Virus record (IMG/VR): IMGVR_UViG_3300017754_001452
Location: 1-26,026 of that record
DNA from: a virus
Taxonomy: Duplodnaviria; Caudoviricetes
Direction: 5' to 3' (one strand)
Length of the DNA: 26,026 nucleotides
Shown here: positions 1-8,548 of the stretch, in pieces
How positions within the stretch are numbered: the first letter of the stretch is position 1
Layout: every line of letters starts with the position of its first letter
Position numbers and translations under genes: made by a program
The notes under the pieces: generated by a model
Database searches by the model: none
What the model saw: the letters and a program-made list of their open reading frames with translations, nothing else
What the model was told of the DNA's origin: nothing

Positions 1-2
1 AA

Positions 3-1466
3 AGCCTCAAACCAATTAAATTGTCATGGCCAAAAAAAGGCAAGGTCAAGCGTTACATGCTGTCGTGCGCTCAGAACTGCACCCACGTTGATGATGCAAC
101 CTGGAAGGCTGGACTGGCGCTCGCGAAAGTCTACGATGCTGAAATTAAAATCAGTCGCTTCCGGTACGTCCACAAGCTGGAAGGGTCTGCCAAGTCTGGC
201 ACTGAAAAAGACACGTCAGAGGATTGGTACGATGAGCGCATTGAACCTTATGTCAGCGATAGGTGCGAGGAACTGGGAAAGTCGCTCGTTTGGAATGGGC
301 ACTTCCAGATATCGCCAACGGCAACAGGTCCGCTTACTGGGCTGGAAAGCTACAACGGGCGGGCTTCAGGTATTTTCCCTCACACTGCTTTCGCCATGGA
401 AAGCGTTGCATCGATCAACCACGGCCAAGCTAAGTTCAATTTTACGACGGGCACCGTTACGCGACGAAATTATATTCAGCGAAAAGCGGGCCTGAAAGCG
501 GAGTTCCACCATGTCTATGGTTTCCTACTTGTCGAGGTGGACCACGCTGGCCAGTGGTTCGCCCGTGAAGTCCACGCAGATATTTCAGGGACGATATGCG
601 ATCTGGACGTGGTGGCGTATGCCGACGGTGTGGTTCAAAAGCTATCACGGGCCGACAAGACCAACCCAGCAGCGATAACCTGGGGCGATATCCACGAATC
701 AAATATGAACCCGGAGGTGCGCGCACTGGGCTGGGGTCCGAAGGGCTCCCTCATTGACGCACTGCAACCAAGTAGGCAGTATTTTCATGATATCCTTGAT
801 TTTGAGCGCCGTTCTCACCACAATCGCAAAGACCCCTTCGCACTATTCCACCACCATGTCAGTGGCACTGAGAGCATTGCAGATGAGTGCAAAGGCGTCG
901 GGGCGTTTCTTGCGTATTCCAGTCGCCCGTGGTGCAAGAGCTATGTGGTTTCGTCCAACCACGACCGACACCTGGACCGCTACATAAAAGAGGCAGATTG
1001 GCGCAATGATCTGGTTAATGCCGAATTTTATGCCCAAGCACTTACAGCAATATTGCGAGCCATTAGGGCCAAAACATCGCTCAACACCCTACAATGGGCT
1101 GTTGGGTGGCTCCATCCGGTGGCGGGAATCAAGTGGCTCAAGCAAGGCGAGAGCAGTATCGTCCACGGCATAGAGTGCGGTATGCACTTTGACCAAGGCC
1201 CCAACGGGTCGCGGGGCTCTGCGAACAACATCGCGAAGCTGGGACGCAAGGCCAACGGTGGCCACTCGCACACGGCACGGGCCGTGCAGGGTGTCAGGCA
1301 GGCGGGCACTTCCGGGAATCTTTCGCCGGAATACATAAAAGGCTCGCCAAGCTCTTGGTCTGCGATGCATATCGTGACACACTTTACAGGCAAGAGGCAG
1401 TTTGTGCATATGCGGCAGGGTCGCTGGTGCGCGCCTCGTGGGGATATTTACAAGAGGCTGGGATGA
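3..1466 (+). CDS. Calcineurin-like metallophosphoesterase, T5 A1-like putative nuclease (5'-truncated)
   Basis: Motifs GDIH, HDILD, SNHD, GMHFDQGPNGSRGS and GHSHT, plus N-terminal SCAQN. The frame is open to the left edge (SLKPIKLSWP...), so the TTG at 21 is probably not the real start. Confidence 0.75.
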   Translation, partial: SLKPIKLSWPKKGKVKRYMLSCAQNCTHVDDATWKAGLALAKVYDAEIKISRFRYVHKLEGSAKSGTEKDTSEDWYDERIEPYVSDRCEELGKSLVWNGHFQISPTATGPLTGLESYNGRASGIFPHTAFAMESVASINHGQAKFNFTTGTVTRRNYIQRKAGLKAEFHHVYGFLLVEVDHAGQWFAREVHADISGTICDLDVVAYADGVVQKLSRADKTNPAAITWGDIHESNMNPEVRALGWGPKGSLIDALQPSRQYFHDILDFERRSHHNRKDPFALFHHHVSGTESIADECKGVGAFLAYSSRPWCKSYVVSSNHDRHLDRYIKEADWRNDLVNAEFYAQALTAILRAIRAKTSLNTLQWAVGWLHPVAGIKWLKQGESSIVHGIECGMHFDQGPNGSRGSANNIAKLGRKANGGHSHTARAVQGVRQAGTSGNLSPEYIKGSPSSWSAMHIVTHFTGKRQFVHMRQGRWCAPRGDIYKRLG

Positions 1467-1585
1467 TAAGCCTGCATATCTGGAGTTGTGGCCCATACGT
1501 TCCGCAGCATTACTGGCGCACACGGCATGGGCATGTCGCCGGGCACAATCACGACATGGCGCACATAGCGAGGATTCATGTGTAG
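1463..1585 (+). CDS. 40-aa His-rich mini-protein MISLHIWSCGPYVPQHYWRTRHGHVAGHNHDMAHIARIHV
   Basis: ATGA overlap with the upstream stop codon, AGAGG Shine-Dalgarno-like sequence upstream, 8 His in 40 aa. Confidence 0.5.
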   Translation: MISLHIWSCGPYVPQHYWRTRHGHVAGHNHDMAHIARIHV

Positions 1586-1725
1586 GTGGGTGTGGACATA
1601 TGGACATAATGCCACGTCTGGCGGGGGGCGTTTTTGATCCGTCTAATTCGGCCCATACTGCCAGCAGGCGGGTGACTTCTATGTTTCGGGGATGCCCAGC
1701 CGTTTCGCCACAGTATGAGCCATGA
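1578..1725 (+). CDS. Mini-protein: either 41 aa from ATG 1600, or 48 aa from ATG 1578 via a +1 shift at TTT TGA (1632-1637)
   Basis: ATG 1578 overlaps the previous ORF end and follows GAGG. TGA 1723-1725 overlaps the next ATG (ATGA). Confidence 0.4.
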
Positions 1726-1865
1726 TCGCCGCCCTTAAATGTTTCTGGAGCACTAATGGTACGTGGTGGGATATCCACACCATGCACCCATATGTGGCCA
1801 GCGGTTATTTTCCATTCCACCCAGGTTCCTCTCTTTCAAACAGGACTCAATATGTCGCTCGATAA
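1722..1865 (+). CDS. 47-aa mini-protein MIAALKCFWSTNGTWWDIHTMHPYVASGYFPFHPGSSLSNRTQYVAR
   Basis: Hand translation. ATGA overlap at the start, and its end overlaps the yqaJ-like start by 14 nt. Confidence 0.5.
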   Translation: MIAALKCFWSTNGTWWDIHTMHPYVASGYFPFHPGSSLSNRTQYVAR

Positions 1866-2688
1866 ATTCATGATGCCCCAGGCTCAGTTGGCCAAGCGCC
1901 GCCTCTCCATCGGAGGCAGTGACGCCAACACAATCATGTCGGGCGATGTTGACCGCCTACAGAAGCTTTGGGAGGAAAAGCTGGGACGTGGGAAGCCTGA
2001 GCCCCCAAGCATTAACATGCTGATGGGAACGGCTACCGAGGAATTGAACGCAGCGTGGTATGAGCACGTCACCTCAGACGCCGTGATTGACCGGCAGCTT
2101 TCGCCGTCCACCACAATCCGGGTAGGTGATATCGAATACATCGCGCACGCCACACTCGACGGCACATGCGGCAACAGCACGAAGGTATGGGAGGCCAAGC
2201 ACACGTCTGGCTATGACTTCCAGACGCGGGAGAAGCGCAGCGCTGAGACACTGGCGTCCTACTACATGCCGCAGCTTCAGCACAACATGATGGTCACCGG
2301 CTTGGGCCGCGCCGTGCTGAGCTTGTTTTTCGACAATAACCGGCATGAGTTTGTCGAAGTCGAAGCCGACCCGTTCTACCAGGACATGCTCGCAGACCGC
2401 GAAGCTATTTTCTGGCAGAGCGTCGTGAACAAGAGCCCACCCAAGGGCATGGCGGCGATCAACGCCAAGGCCGATATCGTCGCTGAGCGTGTTGTGGACA
2501 TGACTGGCAACAATCAGTGGGCAGAGTTCGCAGACAAATGGATCGCCAACAAGCAAGCGGCCAGTGATTTCGACTCGGCTGTGTCTGGAATTAAATCCCT
2601 GCTCGACTCCGACGTTGCCAAGGCTACGGGCCATGGTCTACTGGTCAAGCGCGACAAGAGGGGATCGGTCAAGATCAGCGCGGCGTGA
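1852..2688 (+). CDS. YqaJ-like viral recombinase / lambda-type exonuclease (278 aa)
   Basis: RRLSIGGSDA, LWEEKLG, G...E, ATLDG, WEAKH and YMPQLQHNM motifs. AGGA SD before ATG 1852, so the track start at 1756 is probably too long. Confidence 0.92.
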   Translation: MSLDKFMMPQAQLAKRRLSIGGSDANTIMSGDVDRLQKLWEEKLGRGKPEPPSINMLMGTATEELNAAWYEHVTSDAVIDRQLSPSTTIRVGDIEYIAHATLDGTCGNSTKVWEAKHTSGYDFQTREKRSAETLASYYMPQLQHNMMVTGLGRAVLSLFFDNNRHEFVEVEADPFYQDMLADREAIFWQSVVNKSPPKGMAAINAKADIVAERVVDMTGNNQWAEFADKWIANKQAASDFDSAVSGIKSLLDSDVAKATGHGLLVKRDKRGSVKISAA

Positions 2689-2822
2689 TCTGGTTAATTT
2701 CCTGGGAAACGAGCAAGCTGTTTTTTGAAAGTCCAGGCGGGGGCGGGGTTTGTGGCAGCTTCTTTTGCAGCAGCGCAATTCGCGCCAAGGAATACCACCG
2801 CAGGTGGATGAAGGGGGCGTGA
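2685..2822 (+). CDS. 45-aa mini-protein MIWLISWETSKLFFESPGGGGVCGSFFCSSAIRAKEYHRRWMKGA
   Basis: Hand translation. GTGA overlap with the exonuclease stop and TGATG overlap with the next ORF. Confidence 0.5.
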   Translation: MIWLISWETSKLFFESPGGGGVCGSFFCSSAIRAKEYHRRWMKGA

Positions 2823-3019
2823 TGCCTATTTTGGTTGGCGCTGTTTTGAATTGGTGGGACGCTCACCTTGTTGGGGTCCATGGCAGTGGCCGGTCCTACG
2901 GAGGCCGGTTCGTTTCCAGTGGGCATCCGTGGGGCTCTGAGTGCAACGGTCCTGACTGCACACCTCGGTTTGTTCCGCGGTACGAGCGCGAGGGCAAGGG
3001 GTGGCTGTATGCCCGCTAG
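2822..3019 (+). CDS. 65-aa mini-protein MPILVGAVLNWWDAHLVGVHGSG...GWLYAR
   Basis: TGATG coupling and AAGGGGG SD-like sequence. Its end overlaps the primase start by 11 nt. Confidence 0.55.
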   Translation: MPILVGAVLNWWDAHLVGVHGSGRSYGGRFVSSGHPWGSECNGPDCTPRFVPRYEREGKGWLYAR

Positions 3020-3950
3020 GACACTCACCAAACAGTTGGGCGGCAACTGGCTCGGCACGTCTGGCGAGGCTGCGTGCCCCGTGTGCCAGCCGGAGCGGAG
3101 GCGCGATCAACACGCGCTAACCATTTCGTGGCTGAATGGGCGCTTGCTCCTGAATTGCAAAAAGAGCGGGTGCAAATACACCGACGTTCTAAAGCTGGCT
3201 CAGTTTCCGCTATCCGCTACAACGGATAATTCGCAGTTACCCGCTACACCGGCTAAAATCGAGGCTGGCAAGCGGCGGGTGGCGGCTGCCGTCCTGGCGG
3301 AACAGATTATGGCGGCTTCGGAAAAGCGCAGGCATGATTATTTGCGCAAAAAAGGCTTCCCCACACTACAGCTTCCCACGCTCTCATACGGTGCGCTGCG
3401 GGAATTTATGTATCCGCCCAAGGCTCTTGGAAACCTCTCCAATCAGGATTTGCTGCTATGTGTCCCGCTTTCTACGCCAACAGGCACTCTGACTTCCCTG
3501 CAGCTAGTCAGCGATACTGGGTCGAAAGCATTCTTGCCGGGCGGACGCATTGGGGGTTCTGGATGGTTCCCATGCGAGCATGGGGCACGTCCAATGGTGC
3601 TGTGCGAGGGCGTGGCTACCGCCTTGAGTATCCTCCGTTCCTCCAAGCGTATTGAGAGCATTGTGAGCGTGGGGGCATGTATGAGCGCGGGTGGCGTGGC
3701 GTACATGGGGCGGTCGGGCATGGGCGACGCCGTAATGGCCGACAACGATATATCCGGCACCGGGAAGCGAGCCGCCCAGGAAACGGGCCTGCTCTACAAG
3801 ATGCCGCCGAAACTGGGTGAGGATTTCAATGATCTGGAACAACGCTCGCCTTCTGAGGCTGACGCTCTACTCAGAGCCATTAGCTTTGGCATTGAATGGA
3901 CCGTACAGAAACGGGCTAGTCCACCGCTGCGGCGGGCGGCCAAATCGTAA
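3009..3950 (+). CDS. Zn-finger + TOPRIM domain DNA primase-like protein (313 aa)
   Basis: N-terminal CPVCQPE...CKKSGC zinc-binding domain, YLRKKG, TOPRIM motifs EGVATALS, ADND and GEDFND. ATG 3009 follows AAGGGG. Confidence 0.85.
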   Translation: MPARTLTKQLGGNWLGTSGEAACPVCQPERRRDQHALTISWLNGRLLLNCKKSGCKYTDVLKLAQFPLSATTDNSQLPATPAKIEAGKRRVAAAVLAEQIMAASEKRRHDYLRKKGFPTLQLPTLSYGALREFMYPPKALGNLSNQDLLLCVPLSTPTGTLTSLQLVSDTGSKAFLPGGRIGGSGWFPCEHGARPMVLCEGVATALSILRSSKRIESIVSVGACMSAGGVAYMGRSGMGDAVMADNDISGTGKRAAQETGLLYKMPPKLGEDFNDLEQRSPSEADALLRAISFGIEWTVQKRASPPLRRAAKS

Positions 3951-4257
3951 TGGGGTATCCGAATACCGCCTTAAACAATTTCGCTTTGATCCTGAATGCT
4001 GGCATTTTGGCGGTAAAGGCTGACTTCACGTCCTCGGTAACGTGCCTGCCGTTCACGTCATAGTCGAAGTCGGACTTGTACCAGCACACCAAATTGTCAT
4101 TAACTACAAGGTTGTAGCGCACCTGCCGTCGGAGGTTCTGGATTTTCCCAGCGCGCTCCAGTCGAATTAATTCGACGCCACGCTTGCTCTCCAGGATTGA
4201 GTCGTACTTGATCCCGTCAATTTCGACTTTCTTGTTCCTGAATTTCGGGCGTGCCAT
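3916..4257 (-). CDS. DUF1064 family PD-(D/E)xK-type phage nuclease
   Basis: KFRNKKVEIDGIKYDS.LE, L.RQ, Y.SDF.Y and EDVKS motifs. TAATG-coupled to the upstream gene. Confidence 0.85.
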   Translation of the reverse strand: MARPKFRNKKVEIDGIKYDSILESKRGVELIRLERAGKIQNLRRQVRYNLVVNDNLVCWYKSDFDYDVNGRHVTEDVKSAFTAKMPAFRIKAKLFKAVFGYPITIWPPAAAVD

Positions 4258-6884
4258 TAATTGACCAGGAGCGCTTGAATAAGCGAGCGGATACCTTCCG
4301 ACACGATGGCGCGGGATTTATCGCTCGTGTAGGCTTGTTTCAGGATGCGGTTGAACGTCTCGATATCTCGGGTGAACATGGCTTCCGCCATTTTCTCCGA
4401 CCGAGACGCCGACATGCCCATATTTTTCAGACCGGCAATCGCCTTCTTCGTGAGCGACGCCTTGTAGCCTGGACCCATGCGGCCAGACATACCGCCCAGC
4501 ACATCGAGCGCGCCATTCAGCGAGCTTGAGAGCGCCTTTTCTTCCGCCTCTTTCGGGACGATACGATTAAGGTTGGTCGCAGCCTTCACTTCGACGCGGC
4601 CAAGCTCTTTCAGCGTGTCAGCCGTTTTCTGGCCAGCCACAGACGCAACGCGATCCGTCACAGCGCCGTCAGCGAGGGCCTTGGCGGTGGAGAGGGCCTG
4701 AGCGGGCGACTGCCCAGCCTTGTTGGCGATGGAGCCACGGGCGACTTCTGCGAGCGGAGCGCCTTCACCAGCGCGAGCCGTGACGGCCTTGAACTCGTCG
4801 GTCGTCTCCGTCATGATTTTTTTCGCCGCGGAAACAGCCTGTTTATTCCGCAGAAACAGTTCCTTGATTTTGGAAGCCTCTGCCGCTGCCTTGGCCTGGA
4901 TAGCCTCAATGTCGGCAGCAGCTTTGGCTTTCGCGACTTTGGCAGCCTCGGAAGCGGAGTCTTTTGTGGCGCGCACGGCGTCGGAATAAAGATTTTTCGC
5001 GGATTTGATTTCCGCGGTAATTTCGCCCAGGCGGTTGAGGCTCTTGTTGAGCGAGTCCATGAGCTTCACGCCGTCATTGCCCATCGTGCGGGCAATTTCC
5101 CCAGCACTCTCAGCCATCTTGTAGCCCATACGCACCACATCGGGAGCGCGGCCAAATGCGGCGTCAGCTTCTTTCAGGGCGGCGGCGGCACTGGAGGCAC
5201 CAGCGTACTTGCCCAGGAATTGTTCGTATGCGGGAACCTGTTCACCAGCGAGCCCACGGAGCTTTTCGGCCATGTCGAGAAATTCCCGACCGCCATTCTT
5301 TTTGCCCTCGGTAATCAGCAGCTTGCGCAGGATATCGGCGTCGCCAATGGGCAACTGGAAATATCCGCCTTCGGAGGCGTTCTTGAGGGCACCAGCGATG
5401 CGACCTTTGAGGGCCGTGGAGTCTTTCAGGCCACCGATAGCGGTAACCATGAGGTCGAGGCCGTTTTGCGTGGCGACGGCGGCGTTGATCTGGTCACCCT
5501 TGACCGTCACAAGCTCGTCAGCGAGTCCGGTATCGCGCATGGCTTTGTTGCCCCACTTGCGAATATCTGCTTTTTCCACCAGACGGTTTTTGACTTCGCG
5601 ACGTGCGAGGGCCTGGACTTCCTTTAGGTCGGTAATTTCAGCGGCGTGGGAACGGCGCATAGCTTCCAGAGCGTCCTGGTTACCGCTGGCAGCCTTGGCC
5701 AGAAGCTCGTCAGTGGCGTCGGCAACACCCTTGGATGCGGCTACAGCCTCGCTCTTGGTCGCTTGCAGAGCGGCGTTACCAGCGGCTTGCTCAGCCTGCA
5801 TGGCAGCGTTCTGCGTCATCGTGGGGCCGGTCGCGCTGATAGCGTCGCGCATTTCACCGGGGCGGGCAATCAAGGCGTCGTTTTCGGCTTGGGCCGCGAC
5901 ACGTCCGACGGTATCCCGCTCATTGGCGAGGCGCGCGAAGGTGCGAACGGTATCCTCGTCCGCCAGTTCCGCTACGGAAAGAGGCTTACCGCGTTGCGCA
6001 ATGGCGTTTTTCTGCATGGCGTCGAGGTCAGCAGCCGACATTTTCAAGCGGTTCACAACGTCCTGAGCCTGCTTGCGCAGCACGGAGTCACTCTCGCGAC
6101 CCAGCACCTTGTCCACCAGAGCGCCGGTATTGCGTGCAACCTTCTCGCCAATGACGGCGATGGGCTTGGCGACGGCATTACCCAGCAGTTCGCCAGCCTT
6201 ACCAGCGACGGCACCAACGCCGGTGTCCACCACCAGCCCCATGGGGTCGAGGATTTTTCCTTCGCCCAGGCTGTGAGCGGCACCCAGCACGGCACCCTGT
6301 TTCGCGGCACCAGTAATGCCAGCGGCTTTCAGGCCACTCGCACCAGCGGCGTAGCCCGCCATTTCACCGATAAAGCGCTCAGCGCCGTGTTCCTTGGCCA
6401 GTTGTTCGCCCTGTTGGCGGGCCTGACTGAAACGCTCAGCGGGATCGAATTTCCCGTTGGCCACGTCTGCGATAGTTGCAATTGCAGCAATCGGAGCGTT
6501 GACGAGAATATCCTCGCCAGCCTGACCACCGATGCCCGCAACACCACGGCCAGCCGACTCCAAGCCCTTGACAGCTCCAGGGAGAAATTTCGACATATCG
6601 GCTTTGCCCGCCAGAATATTATCGACACCGCGGAGGAAATCGGGGCCTTGCTGTTTCTTGCGGTCGGCCATGTATTCCGGATTGAGCGCGTTAAGCTCAT
6701 CGTACAGCTTGGAGGCCGTCGCGTTGTCGCCTTTGTCAATGGCGGCGTTATATTCTACAGCCTTGCTTTTGAAGGTGTTTTGCTTGGAGATTACGCCCTT
6801 CATGACGCGATCCACCACAGCATCCGGCGTGCCGTCCGGAAACTCGTGGATACTGCCGTCCGGAGCCTGAGCTTGAATGGGCAT
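4257..6884 (-). CDS. Large internal virion / DNA ejection protein (P22 gp16 position)
   Basis: 875 aa, Ala-rich and helical, N-terminal PDG...EFPDGT motif, last of the ejection cluster. Confidence 0.7.
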   Translation of the reverse strand: MPIQAQAPDGSIHEFPDGTPDAVVDRVMKGVISKQNTFKSKAVEYNAAIDKGDNATASKLYDELNALNPEYMADRKKQQGPDFLRGVDNILAGKADMSKFLPGAVKGLESAGRGVAGIGGQAGEDILVNAPIAAIATIADVANGKFDPAERFSQARQQGEQLAKEHGAERFIGEMAGYAAGASGLKAAGITGAAKQGAVLGAAHSLGEGKILDPMGLVVDTGVGAVAGKAGELLGNAVAKPIAVIGEKVARNTGALVDKVLGRESDSVLRKQAQDVVNRLKMSAADLDAMQKNAIAQRGKPLSVAELADEDTVRTFARLANERDTVGRVAAQAENDALIARPGEMRDAISATGPTMTQNAAMQAEQAAGNAALQATKSEAVAASKGVADATDELLAKAASGNQDALEAMRRSHAAEITDLKEVQALARREVKNRLVEKADIRKWGNKAMRDTGLADELVTVKGDQINAAVATQNGLDLMVTAIGGLKDSTALKGRIAGALKNASEGGYFQLPIGDADILRKLLITEGKKNGGREFLDMAEKLRGLAGEQVPAYEQFLGKYAGASSAAAALKEADAAFGRAPDVVRMGYKMAESAGEIARTMGNDGVKLMDSLNKSLNRLGEITAEIKSAKNLYSDAVRATKDSASEAAKVAKAKAAADIEAIQAKAAAEASKIKELFLRNKQAVSAAKKIMTETTDEFKAVTARAGEGAPLAEVARGSIANKAGQSPAQALSTAKALADGAVTDRVASVAGQKTADTLKELGRVEVKAATNLNRIVPKEAEEKALSSSLNGALDVLGGMSGRMGPGYKASLTKKAIAGLKNMGMSASRSEKMAEAMFTRDIETFNRILKQAYTSDKSRAIVSEGIRSLIQALLVN

Positions 6885-8371
6885 TATTTAATCCGGTTAC
6901 CCTCTGCGTCGTACCTGATTACCGTACCAGATGGCGTGGGGGAAGCAACTGCCGCGGTAGTTCCGCCAGCCGCGACTTGCTCCTGAGCAATTTTCATCGA
7001 CTTGGCAAAAATCTGCTCAAGCTGATCCACGGCGTTCATCATGACAGACACATCGGACGTGCCGTCATTGATGATTTTCATGATCCGGTCCACCTCTTTA
7101 GGGGTGTCGAACAGCTTCGCAGCGCCCATGCCCGGCAGAGCGCGGATCGATTGCGCGATACCATTGGCCGTCTGGTCAACTTGGTCGCGGATATTCTGTT
7201 GTTCGGGGCTGAAAAACTGTTGCACAGCTTTCCCCACGCCAAACGGCAGGTCTTGCATGGCACCTGAGTTCGCCATGGAGGCCCCTGCACGGGTAGCGCC
7301 GCCCTGGGTCGCGTTGTCCACGAACGTACCATTGCGAGCGCCAGCGATGATATTTTTGCGCAGCGTATTAATCTGAGCGGCAATGACCGTCGGGTCTGCG
7401 AATCCGGAGCCGTCGGCAGAGCCGCCACCAGCAGCGTTTGCGCGGGTATTGGCTGCACCGGCCATCGACATTTTGTAGGCGTCGTCGGTCTTGTTGCGAG
7501 CAACGCCCGTGTCGATAACAGAGCCGTCATCGGCAAGCACCTTAATAGTGTCGGTCGCGCTATCGAGCACGGTGTTGGGCTTGGCGGGGCCTTTGCCGAG
7601 GGCGCGTGCAGCAGCGTCGTAGCCACCTTGGGCGACCATATCGAGCGTCTGTTGGTCGAAGATATTTGGGTTGGCCTGCGAGAACGCAGCGACAGCGCCA
7701 GCGAAGTCTTTCTTGCCGCCAACAGTATTTTTCAGGCCGTCGAGAATGCGAAGCTGGGTAGCGTTTTTGGTTGCCGTCGTGGCAGCGGTACGCGCGTCAG
7801 TATCGTTCTGGATTGCCAGAGTTCCCGTGGGATCGATTTGGGCCGCGGTAGCGTAGTCCTGGTTCGCAATCGCCTCACGGAAGCGAGCCTTGCGCTCGTC
7901 ATCAATGCCGCCCTGGACCACCGTGCGGCGGTTTTGGGCGTACACCGGGTCAACGATGGCCGCGGTATTGTCGAGGGGCTTGGTGTCGTATTCCTCACCC
8001 ATCGAGGCAGCGCGGGAGGCAGCAGAGCGCACGCTGGCAAGGTCATTGCCCGCCATGGAGTTCTGGCGCTGGGTATTAAAATCGGCAGCGTCGCCGCCAC
8101 CCAGAATATTACGGATGAAATTCGCGCCACCCTGGACGCCGTTGTCCTGGTAGCCGTTGTCGGGCTTTCCGCCAATCAGCGTCGTGAGAAATTCGGAAAA
8201 TGGATCGACAGCCTTCGGGGGCGGGATCGCGTCGGCTTGCACAACGATGCGGTCGCCAGCCGGGTCAACGGCAGCGCCGCCCAGCATACGAGCCAGGGCA
8301 TCGGCACCTGACGCAGACTTGGTTTTCTGCGCCACGCCCATGAGGTTATTCAGGATAGCTGAAAGAGCCAT
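6884..8371 (-). CDS. Internal virion / DNA ejection protein (P22 gp20 position)
   Basis: 495 aa, Ala/Gly/Gln-rich, TAATG-coupled at both ends, lies between the gp7-like gene and the largest ejection gene. Confidence 0.65.
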   Translation of the reverse strand: MALSAILNNLMGVAQKTKSASGADALARMLGGAAVDPAGDRIVVQADAIPPPKAVDPFSEFLTTLIGGKPDNGYQDNGVQGGANFIRNILGGGDAADFNTQRQNSMAGNDLASVRSAASRAASMGEEYDTKPLDNTAAIVDPVYAQNRRTVVQGGIDDERKARFREAIANQDYATAAQIDPTGTLAIQNDTDARTAATTATKNATQLRILDGLKNTVGGKKDFAGAVAAFSQANPNIFDQQTLDMVAQGGYDAAARALGKGPAKPNTVLDSATDTIKVLADDGSVIDTGVARNKTDDAYKMSMAGAANTRANAAGGGSADGSGFADPTVIAAQINTLRKNIIAGARNGTFVDNATQGGATRAGASMANSGAMQDLPFGVGKAVQQFFSPEQQNIRDQVDQTANGIAQSIRALPGMGAAKLFDTPKEVDRIMKIINDGTSDVSVMMNAVDQLEQIFAKSMKIAQEQVAAGGTTAAVASPTPSGTVIRYDAEGNRIK

Positions 8372-8547
8372 TACTTCTTCTGTTCTTTTGCAGCCAAATC
8401 ACGATACTTTTTTTGCTCTGCGGGGGATGCAGCGCCGTAGTTAAATCCTGGTTTCGTCGCGTCCGTCCACTGCATTGTGGGCTTTGCAGCGGGGGTCTTC
8501 TTGTCTCCCTCGCTCATGATCTTTGTCACCACTTTGCCAAGCTTCAT
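8371..8547 (-). CDS. 58-aa Lys-rich protein MKLGKVVTKIMSEGDKKTPAAKPTMQWTDATKPGFNYGAASPAEQKKYRDLAAKEQKK
   Basis: Hand translation. Fills the gap exactly: ATG 1 nt after the upstream TAA, and its own TAA overlaps the next ATG. Confidence 0.8.
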   Translation of the reverse strand: MKLGKVVTKIMSEGDKKTPAAKPTMQWTDATKPGFNYGAASPAEQKKYRDLAAKEQKK

Positions 8548-8548
8548 T

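Noticed and set aside
1089-1820. 243-aa minus-strand ORF with a CxxC-like stretch
   Set aside because: It overlaps the conserved catalytic end of the phosphoesterase on the opposite strand. The plus-strand mini-ORF chain explains the region better, though this ORF is not formally excluded.
1466-1851. tRNA, structured ncRNA or replication origin in the apparent gap
   Set aside because: No cloverleaf, iterons or AT-rich unwinding element seen by eye. An Infernal/Rfam scan would be needed to exclude an ncRNA.
5646-6986. 446-aa plus-strand ORF (likewise 23944-25092, 22789-23718 and 16971-17837)
   Set aside because: Antisense shadows of well-supported minus-strand genes.
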